The translations under genes and the position numbers were made by a program. A stretch of 64,000 nucleotides of DNA, taken from assembly GCA_036172245.1 (NCBI GenBank), contig JAYWIR010000045.1, positions 124,001-188,000 on the forward strand, given 5' to 3'. This DNA is from Raillietiella orientalis (lineage: Eukaryota). A model generated the notes under the pieces. That model was not told the DNA's origin, ran no database searches, and saw only the letters and a list, made by a program, of their open reading frames with translations. Positions 12,950 through 25,229 of this stretch are shown in pieces; position 1 is the first letter of the stretch, and each line of letters begins with the position of its first letter.

Positions 12950-15900
12950 ATTCTTCATCTGTCCATCTGGGGCGCTCGTCGTCGTTCAGTCTATTGCTGC
13001 TTCCTCAGCATCTTGTCCTCCGTCTCGAGAGAGCTGATCGCTGGGTACCCCTGCTGCATTTGTTTTTCGGTCCTTCGTGTGACGTGGACCGCATAGACGT
13101 TCCTGGAGTACCGGATAAACGAAGTTACCATCCGGCGCCTCATCCTCTCCGAGTGTTTTTTAGGAACTCCAAGATCCTGAAGAACTTCCTCGTTACGTGG
13201 ATCCCAGGATCGCAGTGAGCCAACGATGAGAGTATGCACCTTGTATTGTTTCCTCTCTCTGCCTAGATGGAGGGCTAATTCCTTATAGTTTCCCAGTTTG
13301 TTCCTTCTAGCTGTGCTGAACGCCCCTTTTCCACCCTTGAACGGGCGACAGATGTCCAGCACTGTTGTTGGATTTCCCTTCTTCAGCTAGCAGGTCTGGT
13401 CACAAGAGGGATTCCGTTCCTGGAGCTCTTTTTTGATTGGTACACAGTAGGGTCCACTTTGCCCCATCCACCGCAGCCATGCTCATCATTTCTTGGATCG
13501 CGTGATGTCGTGCAGAGGGCAGATGAAAGTGCTTCCTGCATCGGTTTAACATATGAGGCGTTTTTTCGTCCGGCAGCGCCGGCATGAGCGATCCTCCGGT
13601 GTTATCCTGATTGGCAGAACGGATTGGTGGATGAATCTGTAATCCTGGAACCTCAGTTACTCTCAATCGCGATTCTCCGCCTGGAAAAAGAGATTTCCGG
13701 AAGAATGTGAAGAGTGAGCAATAGAACTTCCCTGCCTGGCGAGAAAGATTTCCAGCATTTCCAGATTTCCAGCGTGAAAGATTTCCTGAATACGTCTACG
13801 GGAGTGACGCTACAGTTCTTGAGACCGGATCCCGCACGCCATCCGCTTCTCTGTTCTCGCCCACATTGACTCATCTGAGAAAGCCTCCTCCTTTTCCATC
13901 ACAGAAGCTCTTGCAGGCGGGAGCAAGAAAGATGAGCTCGGCAGAACAGCATCATCTTCGATTCCGGCGGCGGGAGCCATCAAATGATCACGTTCTTTCG
14001 CGAGTGCCTTTCAAACGGAAATGTGCACATGCTGGTTTATTTGGTTTATGAGACCTCAGAGTTCCGAGTCACTTGGAATGGAGGAGACAAGAGTGCACGC
14101 TTCTCACGGAACAGCCTAAGGTCCAACACGAGTAGAGCCTATCCGGACGGGAGCTCAGGGATGACTCGATGGACGACCATCGAAAGCCGATGTCAGGAAG
14201 CACACGTGATGCTAATCAGAGCTGGAGAAGATGATCCTGGCAACCATGATGGTATCGTGCTGCTTCTTCCGGAGTAACGCCTTTTCGGGAGGTGACATCC
14301 TCGTTATGTCATCCTTTCCAAATCCTTTCGAGGAAGATCAGATGCGCAGCCTCCGGGTGCAAACAGCTATGAGTGACGGAAAGTGCCCGAGTCCCTTGCA
14401 GCTAGACCAAGGACAGCATCCTCCACGGAGACTGGGCATTTTACAAAAATCGTCTCAGAAGTTTCATTTCTCAGTCCTCTCATTCTTCCCCAGGACCACT
14501 CTCGTTTACTGTAATACGATGAGGGCTGGGTACCAATGACTGCTGGACCGCCGCTTCACCTAGATGATTCCATTATGAGCCGTGACACCGGAAACTCAGT
14601 TCAATTCATACTCCCGGTCAACGAGTGCTTGTCGCCGACCTCTGCTCTCCGCAGGAAATGACCGCCGTGTTCCTGGGCGCGCCAATCCGCCAGCTGGTAC
14701 TACTCTCGCATTCCCGAGAGGAATTCTCGTTCTCGGATCCACTGGAGCACGTTTCCGAAGGGAAGTCTTCGACCGCAGGGAGACTTCCCTTCGGATGCTG
14801 GCATCGTTTTTCGGATCGGCTGCCCGCAGAGCGCCCCAGCACCCGCGAAGATGCGTCTAGAATTCAGTTCAGGATCCGGGATGGTTTGCAGGAACATCCG
14901 TTCACCCGATCGCGGAAGACTTGACTCTTCAGCCCCACGTGCCACAGAATTTCTCCAAAAGGCACCCGCGGAAGGTGGTGAATTTGTCAAGGATCGACGC
15001 TTCGGGAGCTTTCCTCGGTTTCCATGGAAAAGAAGGGAATGAAGCGGATGCTTCGCGGCTCAGGCGAGGACGCCGAGCGCGAAAAGATCGTTACCGCATC
15101 GGAGATGCAGGCGATCCAGGAAAACACGAAGAGGCTCAGGAGATGTGACGAGCAGCACCTCACAAAGAAGCGATGGGCGCTGATGCCGCATCTGCAGAGT
15201 CTGGAAGCCCAGGACTAACTTCCGATCTCAGAGTTGAGAGCTCTGATTCGCCGCCGCCGGTGGCGAGAGCCGGAGAAGGGATCACGCATCAGCTCTGCTG
15301 ATCTTTCTTGCGCTCGCCGATGATCTGGAGGGAGAAGACGGAAGAAGCTGGTCGGAAGCAGACTTCGCCTCCCGCAACTGCGCTAGTCCCCGGACTTCCA
15401 GAAGACCCCCGACGGTTCAGGAAGAGAGGTCCATAGATACCGAGCGAGCCTTAAATAGAGCTGACTTAGCCGCAGAGCCGACCAACCCATCACCACCACC
15501 ACCACCCATGGTCAACTTCCTTCCGAAGAAACCAGTCAGTTCGGAGATGGCTGACACGGCCCTCCACCCTTCGCCGGGATGGTCCGATTCGAGAGATCGT
15601 TCACTGTTCCGCACGGCCTGCGGCGGTAGGATGTATCATGGAGGACCCCGCAGTGGTTGGTCTTGGAGTGCTCCGCCAGCCCAGGAGTAGCCGGGAAGCT
15701 TCCAAGCTCGCGGCGGAGCCGCAGGTGCTCCTTGTCGCTCCCTCCCTCAGCGGCCTCCTCTGCGTCGGATGACCAGCTCCGAAGGGGACCACCGAGTTTG
15801 GCTCCTGCGTCCCTCTCCCGTTTCCGGATCGCCTCCAGCTAGCTACAGCGAAGGCAGGCGTTCCAGGGAGACTCGGGGGCAGTCGTCGAGGCGCTCTTGG

Positions 15901-17900
15901 AGGAAGTGCGAGGAGGAGAAGGAGAGAAAGGAATGAGAGTATGCACCTTCTCCCCGGTACTCCCGGGAGTGGCAGCACCCTAGATCCCCGGGGAGCGGAT
16001 CGATTTTTGGCTGGCGAACGGGAAGAAGGCCCTTTTTCCTGGACGTCGAGAGTGGACGAATGCGAGCGGCACCTGGGACCGCCCCGACCTGCCAGGGATG
16101 GTTTCTTTCCCTCTCTCCCGCCTTACTCCCATCCTACTCCGCTCTCCGTCTCGGTAGTCCTCGAGGGGTCGCATTGGGAGTCACGCTCTGCTGCTGCCGC
16201 TGGCCTTGGGGTGGATCGCCCACGGGAGGTCCCCTTTAACGAATCAGGGGCTTTCCCGTGACGCCCCGGTCCTTCCGAACTCGCCCTCCGGCCAGACCGG
16301 GTTTCTTCCCAGTTCATCCTGGCACCTCTCTTTCCTCTCTCCAGGGAAGCCGCCCTTCCTCTTCCGGCGTTGCGATCTTCCCCGCTCTCCTCACAAGCGG
16401 CGAGCAACATCTGGAACATCCCGAGCCCCGGCGACTGGTTTCCAGAGCCGAAGGGGAGAGATTTCTGCCGACCTGGAATTTTCTGGAAGTTTTTCCGGTT
16501 CGGCAGGAAGGGCCTCTCCTCGGCAGCGGGAGCTCCGGAACTCGTTAGAACGGGAAGTTCCCCTTCTCTCCCTCCTCGCCCTCCTCCCGGGAACGTGACG
16601 ATATTTTTCTCCCACCTTCCCAGGCGAGACGTCTGGAGCGAAGAGCATCCCCTTCACTCCAGACTGAGCCGAACATCTGACAGCTGAGATGTGAAGGGAG
16701 GAGGTGATCGGGGAGGAGCTGGGCCGCTGGGGGGGAGCAGCGATTCACAGTTCTTGGGCCAGGAAGGCGGGTGAGCCCGCGGGAGCTTCCGTTCTCTCCA
16801 GGTGCCGGCACCGCGGCCCCTCAGAGATGTCCCGGCATAGCCTGAAGGCGTCCTGACCCTCTGAGGAGCTCAGCCGCCTTCGTGTCTGGGGTGTCCGGAC
16901 GGCACTCTGCAGCGGAGGGGAGCACGTGTCCTCTCCCGAAGGCTGTGCAGGAGTGCCTCCCTTCTCTTCCCGCCCACAGGTGAAGGAGGAACCGGCGTTT
17001 CCTCTCTCCACAGGGAATGTGCGTGCTGCAAACGAGAACTGCGATCTCGGAGTCCAGCACGCTCACCTTCCACCCCCCCCAGAGCATCTCCGGAGCACCT
17101 CCAGAGCTGCATTCCCTTGGATGGACCGAAGCGAAGTGTCGGCCACGCGCTTCCTTGCCGGGAGTCGACGCTCCGCTCTCCAGGAAGCTGCCGGACGCTT
17201 CGTCCGAGATGCAGCACTGTTCCTTCCGCTCCCGGTGCCGACTGATGCGAATCATCTCCTCCTCCTCATCTCTTCCTCTCCTTTCTGATTACGGAACGTC
17301 ACGCCTTCCTACCTTCTCGCAGTTCCTCCCCACCGGATTCCTCGCCACGTGACTTGGCGACCGGGGTCTGCAGCGGCACCTTCCAGGATTCCGCAGCTGC
17401 TGTCTGACCCCATGACCGCGCTTCCTCGGGCACCAACCTCTCTCGCCTCCTCTTCCTCCTGGAGCACTCTCCGGTTCCCTCCTGCTGGATCCCTGTCGTG
17501 CTAACTGTCCATGATGACGCGGTTCCTCCCTCACTCGGGGTAGGGGCTTCCTCCTTTCCTTGGTCCGAGACTCACATTGCAGAGGAAAGAGGTAAGGGGC
17601 GGCAGTCCCATTGCTGTCGGCGCTCCGCCCTCTCTCGCCCGTCATGGCTAGGAGGAGCTGGAACGGGAGGGGAGAGCAGATCTGAGGAGGAACGAGGGAG
17701 CGAGACCCCCTGTTGGCGCCCCACAGTGGTAGCTTCCGGCCCCTCTTGGTGCGCCGTTCTCCAGGAGCGAGGCTCTCAGGGAGCGTTCTCCGGGGTCCAA
17801 AGGCTTCGCCCTCTATGACCGTGGACCGTGTGGACGGAGCCCGCCGCAGAGTCTTCAGAAAACCTCGCGGGCAGGGAAGGTCATCCGAGTCCTTGGTCAC
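12950..17900 (-). mobile_element. Near full-length decayed RLE-type non-LTR retrotransposon (NeSL/Utopia/R2 group)
   Basis: Read C-terminal to N-terminal: restriction-like endonuclease 'PDLL...LDICRPF...AFSTARRNKLGNYKEL...IVGSLRSWDPRN...SRNVYAVH' (12991-13400), CCHC knuckle 'DRSCRRC..EKTPHMLNRC...RHHAI' (13490-13595), RT relic 'LTSAFD.VHRVI' (~14160-14200) and N-terminal zinc-finger relics 'RHFASVH..QLWRCS' (~17100-17150). Confidence 0.8.
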
Positions 17901-17949
17901 GAGAGAAATGTCCCGACCTCTCCGGAGTTGTCCTCATGGGAAGGGATGC

Positions 17950-19270
17950 CCTGTGCGCATTGTGGAATGAGCGAACCTCCTGCCACCCCCAAAATGATCA
18001 GTCTTCATCCTGGGGGCTCGGCGCGCTCTCTCGAGCGGGTGTTTCCCCTCTCCTCTTCACGTTGAGTGTCCATATGCGGACGCCTTCCCTCAGGCGGTTC
18101 CGGAAGCGGCAGCCCACCCGCTACCATCCCTACCGCGGGTCCCACCGTCGTTCTGTCCCTGCCTCCGGGCAATGCCGCCGTCCGCCTCCACTCCCTGCTC
18201 GAACGGCACTGGCAGCGGCGGGGGTGGTTCTCACCGTGCCTAGGAGGTGCCAAGAGTCGGGTCTTGAATCCTCCGAGATCCCAGAGCAGAGACGCTCGGC
18301 TCGGTATGGACCCTCTGCGCCGGAAGCTCTCTTAGTGCTCCGCCTGCGGGAGGATCGGGCCGCACCGACGGGCAAGTGTGCTCTCCGAGTGGTGGGAAGG
18401 TTGTCCCAGGAGATCGATGGACGGGTCGCAGCTCGCTGGGACTTCCGGACCGCTCCGGCTCAGCGGCCCTCCTTCGGGGGCACGGGAGGAATGTCGCTGC
18501 TGATGCTGCGTTGCCGCGTCTACGCCTTCATCTGGAATTATCTGGAGCAGCTCCGTCCTCTTGAGGCGCGCGCGCCGCATCGGGAGGTCACGATCTGATG
18601 TTTTGGCTCATCCCACAGCCAAAAGTGAGTCCTCCGAGCGCGCTGACAGACCCGAACTTCAGCGTTCAAGCACACTGGACTTCGAGAATAGGTCTAGCCA
18701 TTCTGCCCTCCCCCAGTCCTTTGCTTCACCGGACGTGGCTCTCTGTCCTCAATCCTTTTAAGTCGTCGGGTGCAGGCTATCCTGAGGCAAAATCCGGAGG
18801 GAACCTGCTGTTAAGTGGTTCGATTCGTCTCCCCCTCCTCCCTACGATCCCTTTGCACGTTGGGATAGCCGGAGAGAACCTCCTCCGGAACCTTGCCCGG
18901 CTTCTCCCTGGCTAGCCAGAGGTTACCGTCCAGCGCACGCTACAGGGGCGTCCCGTTGAGAGCGCTCGCTGGCGGATCTTCCCAGCTTGTCTCATGGTCA
19001 GACACCCGCGACCCCCGTCACTTCCCTTCACGAACCCCATGGATGCGGACGCGCCAGAGATTTCCGACCGCCGCCTTCTCCCGCGCGCACTCACCCCTCC
19101 CACAGCCCGACGCACCGCCCTTACGGCGCAGCCTGTGCACCTCGTGCCGTGCAGTTAACGCACGGCACGAGGTGCACGGCTGTGCAAAAGACATCGCAGC
19201 AGGCACTCGAGGAGGAAAAAAGGCCCAGTCCTAGAAGGGCGCTAAGTTCCACCATCACCGTCTTCTGACA
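17950..19270 (+). mobile_element. Decayed N-terminus of a NeSL-like element with probable Ulp1-like protease, head-to-head with the previous element
   Basis: 'LLERHWQR' zinc-finger relic (~18195), 'YAFIWNYLEQL' (~18520, cf. WLxDxxIxxYL) and 'QAHWTS' (~18667, catalytic His-Trp), in mixed frames. Confidence 0.35.
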
Positions 19271-22200
19271 GGAGGACTACCGAGCAGGGTTCCCAACAGA
19301 AGTTAATGGAATCCCGCTAGATGGCCTTAGAAAACCCGCGATTTTCCAAAAAAAAAAATTCCCAGATTTGAATGCCTAGGAATTTATTATTAGTATTATG
19401 AAATCATTCAATGCCATTGAATCTTCAGATTCAAGAGTACAAAGACAAAGTGCAAACTAACAACTAATTACGTGACATTTGGATGCTGGAGCCACGTGCT
19501 CGATACGTTTGTAAAGAGAGCGCCGCACTGCCAGCCTTACCATCTGTAGTGAAAAGAAAGCGTTAGGACAGTCTGCAGATTGTCTGCAAACTCCACATCC
19601 ACTGAAATCGAAACCAGGGTAATAAGGCATCCGGAATTTTATTTAAGATTATTTATAACGTCGCTAATTGAAAATTTCCCTTGCAACCATAAAAAACGCG
19701 CAAACTTCGGCGGCCAGAGATTTAAAAACCCCTAGAACTCTCCTTCGGCGGGATACATATTTTTCTACATGGGTTTCCCCCCAGACGCTAGATGTAGCGG
19801 GAAAACCTTTGAATTGGCAACCCTGCTACCGAGTTCCTGGTCGGCTGCTCGCCGAAACTGCAGCGGAGATGGAGGGGAGGAGACAACGATGCTGCCACGA
19901 CTGCAGGGTAGGGAGGGGCACCTCTCCGAAGATGAGGGCGAGCTGCTTTCTCAGCCTGCTCTCTCGCAGGTTGGGCGGCCTCGAAGCTCTTCTGGTTGCG
20001 ACGAGAAGACACGCCGGCATCCCGATGCCAGCCTGCATGGACGGCTTCTCTGCGTTGCCGCGCACGCACCGTCTGGATGTGTGAGCAGCCAACACGACCC
20101 AGATGCGACCCTCAGATAACAGCTCCAGCGGACCCTGGCATCGGGATGCCTGCCTGCTCGGCGATGATTCCCGCGGTGCGTCTTTCGGGTGCTGGACGGT
20201 CGTCGCCGATGGTGCTGCTGCCCAAAGGCGTGGGTCGATTCAGCCTCCCCGCACCAGGTGCCGATTGGGAGGAGGTTTTTCCCGTCTCCCAGTGGCTGCA
20301 GCAGGCATAGCGAGAAAAGGTCTGACGCAGCAGCGAGGTGGCCGCATGCTACCACCTCGGAGGAAGCTCTGCGCCGTCCATGCAGGCTGGCACGCCAGCA
20401 CCTCTCCTAAAAGGGATTCTTCAAAACGGTAGACCGGCGGGGCAGCCCTTGGGAACGAGTCCCCGGGGTGGCCGCATCTGCGACCGGTTGTGCCATGTGT
20501 GACGCTCGATGGGAATGCGGGCGCTCTCGACAGTGCTCCTCTCCCTGTGCTTGCAGCTGGGCACGTGCATGGCCGGCAGTCTTCCTGGAGTGCCCTGGAA
20601 GCTGTTCTAGCGGCTTGTTCTGAGAGCGTGGAAGGATCGCAGAGGGGTCGGTAGTTTCGTTCCTTCCTTCCCGTCCCCTTCTTGGAAAGCGGGAACAGGA
20701 GAGGCAGGCGACGACCTCCGCTCCTCTTCCTGGCCTGAGCGAGCCCTTGGCGGAGTGCGTCGGTCGGCATAAGAAAAGGCAACGGCAGGCCGCGGCCTCC
20801 TCTGGTTCCATGGCCCCCTTTCCTCCTCTTCCGGAGCAGTGCGGAAAGCAAAAGGGGAAGGGGAGAAGTTAAGGAAACCGGGCACACTCGTCAGGTGTGC
20901 TTGCAAAATCAAGTCCGCGTCGCGTCCGCACGGAATGCGAAGAAGCGCGCGGCTGAAACATTGAAAAAATTACCAGCGCGAGCCGCCGCTAAGGACGCGA
21001 CTACCTTGCCCAAGGAGAAGGCCAGCTCCGACAGGAGTTTTCAAGGTGATGTTCCGGATGAGAGAGCCGGCGGCTAACCTCCTCGCACCCATTTTGAGTC
21101 CCTGACTGAGTCGTCCGGAAGGCGTCACTTCTGGCCTCTACCGCACCACTTTGATCTCATGAGGGGTCACGAAGCTGACCTCACGAGACGGCGGAACTGA
21201 AGAAGGAGATGAGCATCCACCCCCTCCTCCCCTCCATTTTTGGCAGAGAGATCGATTTTCCCCTCGGGAAACCCTCTTCCTCCTCCATCTCATGCTCCCT
21301 TGCATCCCCTCTCCTTCCCTCCTTTTTAGCGCTCGTCTCTCCGAAAGGCTTGGGATGAAACAGAAGCAGGGAAGAGGGAAGAGCAGGTCATGCCTGCCTT
21401 GTCGAACTTCCCTTTCCTCCTACCCGACGAACTCGTCGCCAAGGAGCCTCCTGACAAGGAAGGACCCGGAAGGGAAAACACCTAGGAGGGCTTCGATTTC
21501 CGCCTCATCCTCCGCTTTATCGGAGATCCACACGATACTCAATTGCTGAACTACCTCCGGCCCTGTTCATTCAGAGTCTCTGGCTGAGCAGGCTCCCTCG
21601 TCCCAGCCGCAGGGTTCTCTCAGCGATCCCGGAAGGTGGCGCAATGCTCCAGGTGAGACGTCAACAGTGAGTCCCTCGTTCCCCCCCCCCCCTCCCTCCC
21701 CTCGCACGTGTTCGCCACACCGCACACTCCTAGCCGAGATGGTCCGAGAGCACGTTTCCGAAATCATCTCGGTTTCTCTCGGATTCCCGTTTCCCTTGGT
21801 CCGTTCCCTCGGATGCGCGCCTCGCGCGGGGGAAAGGCGGCCGCGGCGGCGCAGCATCCCTTCCGTCCTGCGCGCCTGCGCGCCGTCCTGAGAGAGCTCC
21901 AGGGCCGGCAATTCGAAGGAGAAAAAAAAAATGCATATCGCGGGTCGTGCGAGACGAGGCGGGTGGATTGTTGCGTCACCGTGTCTCGGGCAGCTGTGCG
22001 GCTTGCCCGAGAGGCGCCACCGCCGCTACGAGTCCGATTCCTATCAGGCGAAAGTTTTCCCGTGGTCCTCGCTCACGGAGGGCGACCGTTTCTTGTCGCT
22101 CGGTTTGGTTTGCCCTTCTCCCCTCCGTTCTGCTTTGCTCCCCCTTCCTCCTCGGCATCACCTTCTGTGAGAATCCTCCCCCCTCCTCCTCCTCTTCCTC

Positions 22201-23255
22201 CCTTCCCCGGCTTGCACACACGCGCTGCCGGTAACGGGCAAGTGGCTTCCCCCTTCCGTTCGATTCCCGGCCTTCTGGCCGGCCGTCCCGAGCACGTACT
22301 GCCCCACCTTTTCCTTCCGTGGTAGTGCTGAACCCAGAAGAGTCACGCACGCGGATTGACCTGACCCGTGAGTACCGGTTTTTTGTGTGTTGATGGCACG
22401 CTCTCTCTCTGGCGCGCGCGCCGCATTCGCGAGGCAACAGCAACGCATTCGTGTTGTTCCGTGAGCCGTGGTCTTCCGCGAATCCCGGCAGCTGAGGTCT
22501 CTCTTCTGTTCGGAGCATCCCTTTCAAAACGCATTCTAGCAGGGCCACGGGCCACGAGGTTCGACCACTGTGTTGGAAGGAAGGGAGGGCTTGCAGCAAG
22601 CTGTGCCTCCGACCAGTTGAGATCACGTAGCAGGCATCATTGGGAAACCCTTCCGGTGCTCGGACCTTCCCATCCGCTAAGCTCCCCCTGTTGTAAAGTC
22701 CCCTCTCCCCCCCCCCCCCAAAAAAAAAAAAAAAAACGAAAACAAAAACAAAAGACAAAGATGGAAAGAAAACGGAAAAAAACTCGTTCGGTTGCGTGCC
22801 GTGGTAGGGTGGCATTTGCAGGTAGCAGCAGTCCCGTCTTCCGTCAGCTCTGCTTAACACCAAGAGGAACTTGCTTACCACCTGCTCGCCGCCCAATCTG
22901 CAGAAAGAAGGACAAACTTCATCTTCTTGAGCGCGGTCCTTTCGGCTTCCCCGGAAACTGGAGGATAATTATTCACAGATGGATTCTCCAATAGTATTTA
23001 CTTATTTTGTCATAAGCGCACTGCGGACTTCGGTCAAATCACTCAACAAGTTTATTTTGTTTTCGGTTGATTGAATTAGCATGAAGAGAACGACTGACGG
23101 CGAATCTAATCATCCTTATTAGTTTGATTCTGGATTGGATTTCGGCCAGATGAATTTTCCTCTGATAAACCCGCGTGTTTGGCTTTCATCGACCGTTTTT
23201 TTTATACGTGTTGCACCTGGAAATCAAATTTCTCAGGATTGAAGGGGAGGGGGTA

Positions 23256-23256
<1 letters not shown>

Positions 23257-23312
<56 letters not shown>
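23257..23312. repeat. (AC)28 microsatellite
   Basis: Perfect AC dinucleotide run seen directly. Confidence 0.97.
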
Positions 23313-23315
<3 letters not shown>

Positions 23316-23599
23316 GCTCTTTTCGAATCACCTCCACCTTCCCTCCCATTTTCTATTGCTATGCTCTCCTGCTCTCCTGTTTCCCTTTTCCGGTGTAGTC
23401 AAGTGTGTTCCCCCCCAATAGGCTCGCGCACGTTTTCTCGGTTTTCCAAATCTAATCGAAGAGGAGCACGGGAGCTGGCACGATGAGCTCTTGCGGTGGT
23501 CACGCAGCTTCCAGAGCATTCAGGTTTGGGGAGGGCATCGATGCTCCCCATTCTCAAATTGGGCGGCTTACCGAAAACCTCCGACTCCTTTGCCACCTT

Positions 23600-24025
23600 C
23601 GAGAAATTTCCGGCGGAGGATGGAGAGCGGAAGCGTTCCTCGCTGTGGGATGCTGTACGAGACTCTGGTGTTTGGAACTTCAAGAGCAAACCAGCGTCCA
23701 TCTAGGTTCCCTTGAGGTTTGAAAGCAAGAAGGCCGAGACTGCCTGCAAGCAGCTGGGATTTGCCGAACCTGGGGCCATAGTCGTCCGCAAACCCCTTCG
23801 GGGCATTCCCTTCCTGAGTTTTTTTTTTTTACCGTCGCGGTTGCATGTTACGCCACACGCCACGGTTGTGTCCACGTGGATCCCTCGAATTCGAATTCAT
23901 GAGTCCCTTTGGAGTACCCCAGCTCCGCGGAACTCCACAATGAGTTCTTGTGCCTCTCAAGAGTCTTTCAGCAGTGCAGCACTATAAATTCATTAGGCCA
24001 AACTGCGGAGAACACTGCCACTTTC
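23600..24025 (+). pseudogene. SRCR-domain relic
   Basis: In order but in shifting frames: 'LWDAVRD' (cf. WGxVCD), 'FESKKAETACKQLGF' (cf. FxxxxAxVxCxQLGF), 'CASQES', 'QQC' and 'HYKFIRPNC' (cf. CxGxExxLxxC.H....NC). Confidence 0.5.
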
Positions 24026-24641
24026 GTCCGGTGTTAGCACAGAGTTGGCACAGTGGTGCACAAACGTGCACCGTTCCAGCGACGGCATTCAGAAGTGAAA
24101 CTTCTGTCACGGTCTGTTGCTATGTGCGTCGAGATGTTCGAACGCCGCTTCCGATTTCGTCAGAGAACGAATGTTTCTTGTTCAACTTCTCTGTTTCAGA
24201 TCTCGCCCTCAGCTTGCCAGCTGAAATCAGTGTGTAGAAACATCGCCACATCTCCCTTCCTATGACTCCGTTTGAAATAATGCCTTGTCTTCATAATGAG
24301 TGCCCCCTTTCTACCCCTGAACAGAAGTGCCCAAGAGCTCTCCAAAGTGCCTTTCCACCCTTTTACTACAGTGACCAGAAATATGATATTTTCAGACCGC
24401 AACCAAGCACAGATACGAAAAGAAAGTGCGAAAGGGCTAATCGATTGGATATTCTTCGCAGCGGAAAAAGATAGAAAGGATAGACTCATGCTCTCTTGTT
24501 CAATTACTGCTAGACTGCAAGCACAATCAGTGCTTTTTTGTTTTTGCTTTCTGATGGAGGAAGAGGTAGCGATGGATTCCGCAGCATCCAGGCTGTTCAT
24601 TGTTCAACGCAAGTGTGTCCGTTTGTGAAAAGCTGGAACTG

Positions 24642-24897
24642 ATGGAAAACTATGACATAAACGTCACTGTCTCTAACTGGACCAATGAGGAATACCTAGA
24701 AAACGTCCTTGGGGCCAAACATCTTCCATACAACATTCTTATACCCATCACGATTGTTTATGTATTGATCTTTGTCACAGGAATAGTAGGGAACATCATT
24801 GTGTGCGTTATAATTGCCAGACAGTCGAACATGCAAACCGCTACCAATTATTATCTGTGCAGCCTGGCTGTATCAGATCTGGCTCTTCTGCTGTTGG
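24642..24897 (+). CDS. CapaR: Capa/pyrokinin-type neuropeptide GPCR, coding exon 1 (N-terminus, TM1-TM2)
   Basis: MENYDINVTVSNWTNEEYLENVLGAKHLP...IFVTGIVGNIIVC...MQTATNYYLCSLAVSDLALLLLG, containing the TM1 GN, TM2 LAxSD and N-glycosylation sequons. Donor G|GTGAGT at 24898 (phase 1). The frame stays open upstream to a stop at 24567, so an upstream exon or start is possible. Confidence 0.92.
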
Positions 24898-25229
24898 GTG
24901 AGTCAGTTTTTTGATAAGAAATTACTTCTTAAGGGATTGTCGATTGCCTTCTTTTACCTTTTCAACTGCGAATCCAAATTTCTGTTTACGCTGTCGCAAT
25001 CGTTTTGAGAGAAAAGGGGCGCATGCAGTCAGCTTCCTTTATTCTGACTTCTAGAAAACACAGGTACTTAGAATTTTTCATCCGAGATGGATGTAGAAAC
25101 GCGGAAGAACCCTCTCGCTTTCCCATAATCCGATCTTTGTTGGGTTCCACCTCCGGCTCGAAGTCTCTGATGGAGGCAGTTGGGAAGAAAGAAAGAAAGA
25201 ACGTTGGCTTGCATTTTCTCCAGCGGCGC

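Noticed and set aside
20945..21080. Short resemblances to 18S rRNA (ttccgga.gag.gagcc, ccaagg.aaggc, aaattacc)
   Set aside because: The blocks are short, mismatched and in the wrong order, with no extended rRNA homology.
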